A stretch of 64,000 nucleotides of DNA from a bacterium (GTDB lineage Bacteria > Bacillota_I > Bacilli_A > RF39 > UBA660). The DNA lies in the NCBI GenBank assembly GCA_963659735.1, contig CAVKUP010000001.1, positions 1,166-65,165 of the forward strand, in the 5' to 3' direction. This document shows, in pieces, positions 60,062 to 64,000 of this stretch. The notes beneath the pieces are model-generated. The model was not told the DNA's origin. It searched no databases and saw only the letters and a program-made list of their open reading frames with translations. The number at the start of each line of letters is the position of its first letter. The stretch's first letter is position 1. Made by a program: the position numbers and the translations under genes.

Positions 60062-60855
60062 TGAGTATAGGATTAACATTTATAATAATTGCAATTATTC
60101 TTATATTTTTACTTGAATATAATAATCATTTTAGCTCAAACAAATTCATAAGAGAAACAGAGCCTTACTTTAGAACTTTAATGGAAGATGACTATGATTT
60201 TCTACTTAAAGTAAGATATGGTGGCGACGTTGATGTTAATAAAATGTATGGGCTTAGAGTACGTAATGGAATTGTTACTATAATTTTTTGTTTATTTATA
60301 TTTATGTCTAAATTAACTTTTGCTTATATATTACTTTCATTACTACTGGGTTTTGGAATGTTTAAGTTATCATATATGCAATTGAATAGTTATTATAAGC
60401 AAAATTTACATAAAATTAATTTAATGTTACCTTACTATTTAAAGGGACTAGAAATTTTAGTTCAGCACTACACAGTTCCAGTCGCACTTTCCAGATCAAT
60501 AGAAACAGCACCTGAAATTTTTAAATCTGGTTTAAGAAAATTGGTTGCTAAAATTGATGCTGGTGATGCTTCTGTTCAACCGTATATGGACTTTGCTCAT
60601 GAATATCCAGTTAGAGATTCTATGAGAATGATGAGGCTTCTTTATAGATTGGGTTTAGGTAGTCAAGAAAACAAACAAGAACAGTTATTAATGTTTTCAA
60701 GAACCATTTCAACTTTACAAAATAAGGCACGTGAACAAAAGTATAAAGAACGTTTAGAAAAAATGGAAAATAAAACAATGATTATGCTATTTGGTACTGG
60801 TGGAGGTATCTTAGGATTCTTACTTTTAGCTATGATGATGATGATGAACTTTTAG
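60061..60855 (+). CDS. TadC-like polytopic membrane platform protein
   Basis: Translationally coupled. Topology similar to the preceding ORF. Confidence 0.55.
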   Translation: MSIGLTFIIIAIILIFLLEYNNHFSSNKFIRETEPYFRTLMEDDYDFLLKVRYGGDVDVNKMYGLRVRNGIVTIIFCLFIFMSKLTFAYILLSLLLGFGMFKLSYMQLNSYYKQNLHKINLMLPYYLKGLEILVQHYTVPVALSRSIETAPEIFKSGLRKLVAKIDAGDASVQPYMDFAHEYPVRDSMRMMRLLYRLGLGSQENKQEQLLMFSRTISTLQNKAREQKYKERLEKMENKTMIMLFGTGGGILGFLLLAMMMMMNF

Positions 60856-60938
60856 TGTAAAGTAAGGAAAATATATAGAAAGTTTAATTTATATGTGTTA
60901 TAATTTAGTTAATAATGAAGATAAGGAGGTGTTAATAT

Positions 60939-61175
60939 ATGAAGGAAGCTGCTGGTGAAGCAAACTTAACAGTTGTTGCTATTATTTTAATTGGTGTTGT
61001 TGTTGCAGTGGTTACTCCACTTGTTTCTAATTTAATGAGCTCTACAGCAAAAAAAGCTTGTTGTACAGATGCTGGAGGTGTTTGGAAAGGTGGCTCTTGC
61101 CAAGCAGGAAGTAGTTCCTACAGTGCACAAGATTATAATACTTGTGTTAATAATTCTACTAAAAATGCTAAATAA
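60939..61175 (+). CDS. Small Flp-sized pilin-like protein, leader MKEAAG|EANLTVVAIILIGVV, Cys-rich C-terminus
   Basis: 78 aa. AGGAGGTG RBS. TM helix, then KKACCTDAGG...GSCQAG...CVNN. Followed by a terminator. Confidence 0.5.
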   Translation: MKEAAGEANLTVVAIILIGVVVAVVTPLVSNLMSSTAKKACCTDAGGVWKGGSCQAGSSSYSAQDYNTCVNNSTKNAK

Positions 61176-61178
61176 TAT

Positions 61179-61202
61179 GCTTGCTTAAAAGCAAGTTTTT
61201 CT
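61179..61202 (+). terminator. Terminator/attenuator after the small pilin-like gene
   Basis: cttgc-ttaaaa-gcaag plus T5. Confidence 0.6.
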
Positions 61203-61224
61203 TAGTATAAATGGGGTGAGGTAA

Positions 61225-61722
61225 ATGCGTGAAAGTATAGGAAGTACATTTTTATATAATATAATCATACTATTTGTAATAATTGTTATTGGTTTACTTT
61301 CAGCTACTATAAGTTATTATAAAGCATTTAAAGTTAATGAAAGATTACTTTATTCTATAGATAAATTTGAAGGGTATAATAAATCTTCAAAAAATGAAAT
61401 GGAACAGTATTTGTCATCTGTTGGATATTCATATGAAGAAACTGGTCAAAAAGAGTGTGCAAAAAGTAAAAACGGTGGCACTTTAATTATGTCAACGACT
61501 TCAAAATATTTATATTGTGTTTATTATCACAAAGATGATAGAGGACTAAAGGAAGAAAATATAATCAATGGTGATGAGGAACCAATATATTATAATTATA
61601 GTATTACAAGTTATATATATGTTGATTTGCCTATTGCTGGTAAATTTAAAGTTCCTGTTTATACTAAAGGAGAGAGAATATATAATTTCTCAGATCATCA
61701 AAGTCAGGGGGATAAGATATGA
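61225..61722 (+). CDS. TadE-like minor pilin/pseudopilin paralogue 1 (leader MRESIG|STFLY...)
   Basis: N-terminal TM helix. Shares YKAFKV, YCVY and D[LV]PI[AV]G[KD]F motifs with the next ORF. Confidence 0.45.
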   Translation: MRESIGSTFLYNIIILFVIIVIGLLSATISYYKAFKVNERLLYSIDKFEGYNKSSKNEMEQYLSSVGYSYEETGQKECAKSKNGGTLIMSTTSKYLYCVYYHKDDRGLKEENIINGDEEPIYYNYSITSYIYVDLPIAGKFKVPVYTKGERIYNFSDHQSQGDKI

Positions 61723-62207
61723 AAGAAGCGATTGCTAATGCTGGGGTATTTAATCTTGTAATTATATTTGTAATTATTTTACTAGCATTCTTTGTTGGTT
61801 CGCTTTCTTATTCTAAGGCTTTTAAAGTAAAAAATAAGATTGTTGAAGAAATTGAAAAAGATCAAGAATATGTAGTAACAGGAAAAAATTCTACCGAAGT
61901 AAGAGTAGAACAATGGTTAAAAAATATTGGATATAGAGTAAATACTACTAATCAGTCAAATGCAGCTTTATGTGACAGTAAAGTTAGTGGAAATGGTGGT
62001 TCTGCTGGAGTTTTAGTTAACAAAAATAGCAATTATCAATACTGTGTATATGAATTCAATACATGTGAACAAAATTCTGATAAATCAAAATGTGGTAAAT
62101 ATTATAAAGTAATTGCTTATATGTATTTTGATGTTCCAATTGTTGGAGATTTTTTAAAGATTCCTATTAAAGGGGAAACAATGATATTTAATGAAGTCCA
62201 TAGTTAG
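61719..62207 (+). CDS. TadE-like minor pilin/pseudopilin paralogue 2 (leader MKEAIANAG|VFNLV...)
   Basis: Paralogue of the 61225 ORF, with an overlapping start/stop. Confidence 0.45.
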   Translation: MKEAIANAGVFNLVIIFVIILLAFFVGSLSYSKAFKVKNKIVEEIEKDQEYVVTGKNSTEVRVEQWLKNIGYRVNTTNQSNAALCDSKVSGNGGSAGVLVNKNSNYQYCVYEFNTCEQNSDKSKCGKYYKVIAYMYFDVPIVGDFLKIPIKGETMIFNEVHS

Positions 62208-62219
62208 GAGGCGAATTAA

Positions 62220-63227
62220 ATGAATGTAATAATTGTAAATAAATATCGTGATGCACTTGTCAATTTAGATATTGATATTATAAAAAAATTAGATGGTGAA
62301 TTTACTGTAGAAGAAATTGTCAAAACATTTCAATCATTTTATTTTAATAAGATGATTTTAGATATTACAGCTTTAAAGAATTATAAAAATATTAAAACAT
62401 TACAAGAACTTTCTTTATCCTTAGATATGGATAAATTAATTTTACTTTTAGATGGTTCTGCTGAAACATCTAATCCTGAATATTTGTCAGACTTAATATC
62501 TATGAGAATTTATAATTTTACAATGAATGTTGAGGGCGTTAAATGGCTATATGAACACCCTAATAGTTACCGTGACGTCGCACAATATCATCAATTGGAT
62601 ACGACACACGAAACAACTTATTCACAACCTGCAACGAATGTTACATACACTGAAATTAGAAAGACATCTATTATATCATTTAAAGATGTAACTTCGGGAG
62701 CAGGGGCAACGACTCTTACATATATTGCAAAAAAACAGCTTGCTAAAAATTATAATGTTGTTGCTATTGAGGTAGATAAACATGACTTTATGTATTATGA
62801 TGAAGATAAAATGTTTAGTGTTTCAAATAATGAATTAGGTAACACCATTTCAAAATACAATGGAATGGATGTTATATTAATTGATGCTAATAAAAGTACA
62901 GCGGCTGAAGGATTGGCTACCGAAAATATTTATCTAATAGAGCCATCAAAAATAAAATTAAATAAATTATTAGCTCGTGATTCTAAAGCGTTTGAAAAAT
63001 GTAAAAATAAAAAAATAGTTTTAAATCAGTGCATGTTGGATGAAAAAGATGTGTCTGATTTTGAAATGGAACTTGGTCTCGATGTTTTTTATAAAATGCC
63101 ACCTTTAAATGACCAAAGTGATGAAAATAAAGCATTAAATAATTTTTTAGTAAAGCTTGGGTTTTATAAACAGGGTAATGTTGATAGTGTTGGAGATAAA
63201 AAGGGTATTATGGGTTTATTTAAATAA
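62220..63227 (+). CDS. TadZ/CpaE-like protein: N-terminal receiver-like domain plus a ParA/MinD-fold domain with degenerate Walker A (TSGAGATT)
   Basis: IISFKDVTSGAGATTLTYIAK aligns with the MinD IVVTSGKGGVGKTT box, but both Lys are lost. Confidence 0.55.
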   Translation: MNVIIVNKYRDALVNLDIDIIKKLDGEFTVEEIVKTFQSFYFNKMILDITALKNYKNIKTLQELSLSLDMDKLILLLDGSAETSNPEYLSDLISMRIYNFTMNVEGVKWLYEHPNSYRDVAQYHQLDTTHETTYSQPATNVTYTEIRKTSIISFKDVTSGAGATTLTYIAKKQLAKNYNVVAIEVDKHDFMYYDEDKMFSVSNNELGNTISKYNGMDVILIDANKSTAAEGLATENIYLIEPSKIKLNKLLARDSKAFEKCKNKKIVLNQCMLDEKDVSDFEMELGLDVFYKMPPLNDQSDENKALNNFLVKLGFYKQGNVDSVGDKKGIMGLFK

Positions 63228-63255
63228 CCTCTTTACACTTTTTTATTTTGTTTTA

Positions 63256-63284
63256 TTGACAAACAAAACAAATAATTGTATATT
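63256..63284 (+). promoter_or_regulatory. Candidate promoter for the tandem small-protein genes
   Basis: TTGACA at 63256-63261, 17-nt spacer, TATATT at 63279-63284. Confidence 0.4.
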
Positions 63285-63313
63285 TATTATATAAGTTAAG
63301 AGGAGGAAAAATT

Positions 63314-63664
63314 ATGAATTTATTTAATACATTAGCGTACTGTGATAGTGTAATTACTGGAGGAATTCCTGATGGAATTGGTAACATTGTTCATTTAGTT
63401 GTTAGAGCTATTCAAGTTGCTGTTCCAATTTTATTAATTATATGGGGAATGCTTGATTTTGCTAAAGCTATTATTGGACAAAAAGAAGATGATATTAAAG
63501 CTGGACAAAAAATCTTTGTCAAAAGGTTAATTGCTGCTGTTGTAGTATTCCTAGTAGTTACTATTGTTCAACTTGTTATCAATTTAGCTGCTAGTATTGG
63601 TGGAACTAGTAATGAAGCGTCAACTGCATGGGATTGTGCAAGTGAATTAATAAATGGTAAATAA
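63314..63664 (+). CDS. Small two-TM membrane protein, paralogue A
   Basis: AGAGGAGG RBS. ...VPILLIIWGMLDFAKAI... hydrophobic hairpin. Confidence 0.35.
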   Translation: MNLFNTLAYCDSVITGGIPDGIGNIVHLVVRAIQVAVPILLIIWGMLDFAKAIIGQKEDDIKAGQKIFVKRLIAAVVVFLVVTIVQLVINLAASIGGTSNEASTAWDCASELINGK

Positions 63665-63676
63665 TATAGGAAAGTA

Positions 63677-64000
63677 GGAACTGCTATGAATTTAATAAGT
63701 TTATTGGATGTTGCAAACTCTACATTATGTGAAGGAATATTAGTTCCAAATACTTTGTTTAATGCAGTTGCAACAATTATAAAGGGCATTAAAATTGTTG
63801 TACCTATACTACTTGTTATATGGGGAATGCTTGATTTTACGAAATCAGTTGTTGCAAAAAAAGAAGAGGATATAAAAAAATACCAAAAGGCATTTGTATC
63901 TCGTCTTATTTCTGCTTTAGTTGTATTTTTAATAGTATTTGTTGTTCAACTTGCTGTTAATTTAGTTTCTGGGGTTGAAGATAAATCTAACGAAGATGGT
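63677..64000 (+). CDS. Small two-TM membrane protein, paralogue B (runs off the window)
   Basis: MNLISLLDVANSTLCEGIL...VPILLVIWGMLDFTKSV... is clearly paralogous to the 63314 ORF. Confidence 0.35.

Noticed and set aside
2116-63789. Many short antisense or embedded ORFs in the track (for example 2116-2316, 3291-3530, 3814-4020, 3855-4232, 4468-4692, 11456-11653, 18836-19150, 22779-22997, 23295-23495, 23713-23997, 24734-24916, 26349-26534, 29702-29920, 34416-34700, 35388-35696, 37010-37246, 37385-37567, 38369-38611, 39870-40052, 45221-45442, 50520-50813, 52996-53193, 53898-54113, 55442-55624, 57858-58262, 63568-63789)
   Set aside because: All are fully contained within, or antisense to, strongly supported genes. 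They lack RBSs and have AT-bias-driven amino acid compositions.
1-64000. tRNA/rRNA genes, CRISPR arrays, IS elements, integrases
   Set aside because: No tRNA T-arm or acceptor-like conserved blocks, no regularly spaced direct repeats, and no transposase or integrase-like ORFs were seen in any intergenic region.

Overview
This is a strongly AT-rich, Firmicutes-type chromosomal window using the standard genetic code (TGG Trp; TAA/TAG/TGA stops). Both ends cut into genes.

Most of it (1-50.2 kb) is conserved core. It carries a partial metallophosphoesterase, a CPBP protease, and the rimP-nusA-ylxR-infB-rbfA operon. Downstream is infC-rpmI-rplT behind a clean sigma-A promoter and leader. mraY, tig and a BI-1 family protein follow. 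Three T-box leaders precede leuS, a deoC-tyrS pair and valS. Further genes are trmB, ytxH, yqeG, rnhB, lepA, hemW, a thyA-folA-tmk cluster, yceD-rpmF, a SEDS (FtsW/RodA) gene on the minus strand, dusB, nrnA, a type IIA topoisomerase pair (parE/parC-like), RNase J, miaB and a clear CotE homologue. The CotE homologue indicates an endospore-former.

Pilin-related material is scattered through the core. Between valS and lepA sit two tandem pilin paralogues, one canonical G|FTLVE and one with an R at -1. Between rnj and miaB is a frameshifted pilin pseudogene.

The exciting part is the last ~13.6 kb (50.4-64.0 kb), directly after cotE. It is a co-directional, tightly packed locus encoding a divergent Tad/Flp-like (type IVc) pilus machine. 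Its parts are a CpaB/RcpC-like SAF protein, a CpaF/TadA ATPase, two TadB/TadC-like polytopic proteins and a TadZ/CpaE-like protein with a degenerate Walker A. Four small N-terminally anchored substrates share an unusual short leader, M[KR]E[SA]x1-4G, followed by a hydrophobic helix; they lack the Flp E+5/Y+6 signature. Upstream components have no obvious family assignment. They are a Thr-rich pilin-derived secreted protein with a decayed class III signal, a 526 aa polytopic membrane protein, a Cys-rich 207 aa protein and a 941 aa Cys-rich secreted giant. No prepilin peptidase, tRNA, CRISPR or IS element is visible in the window.
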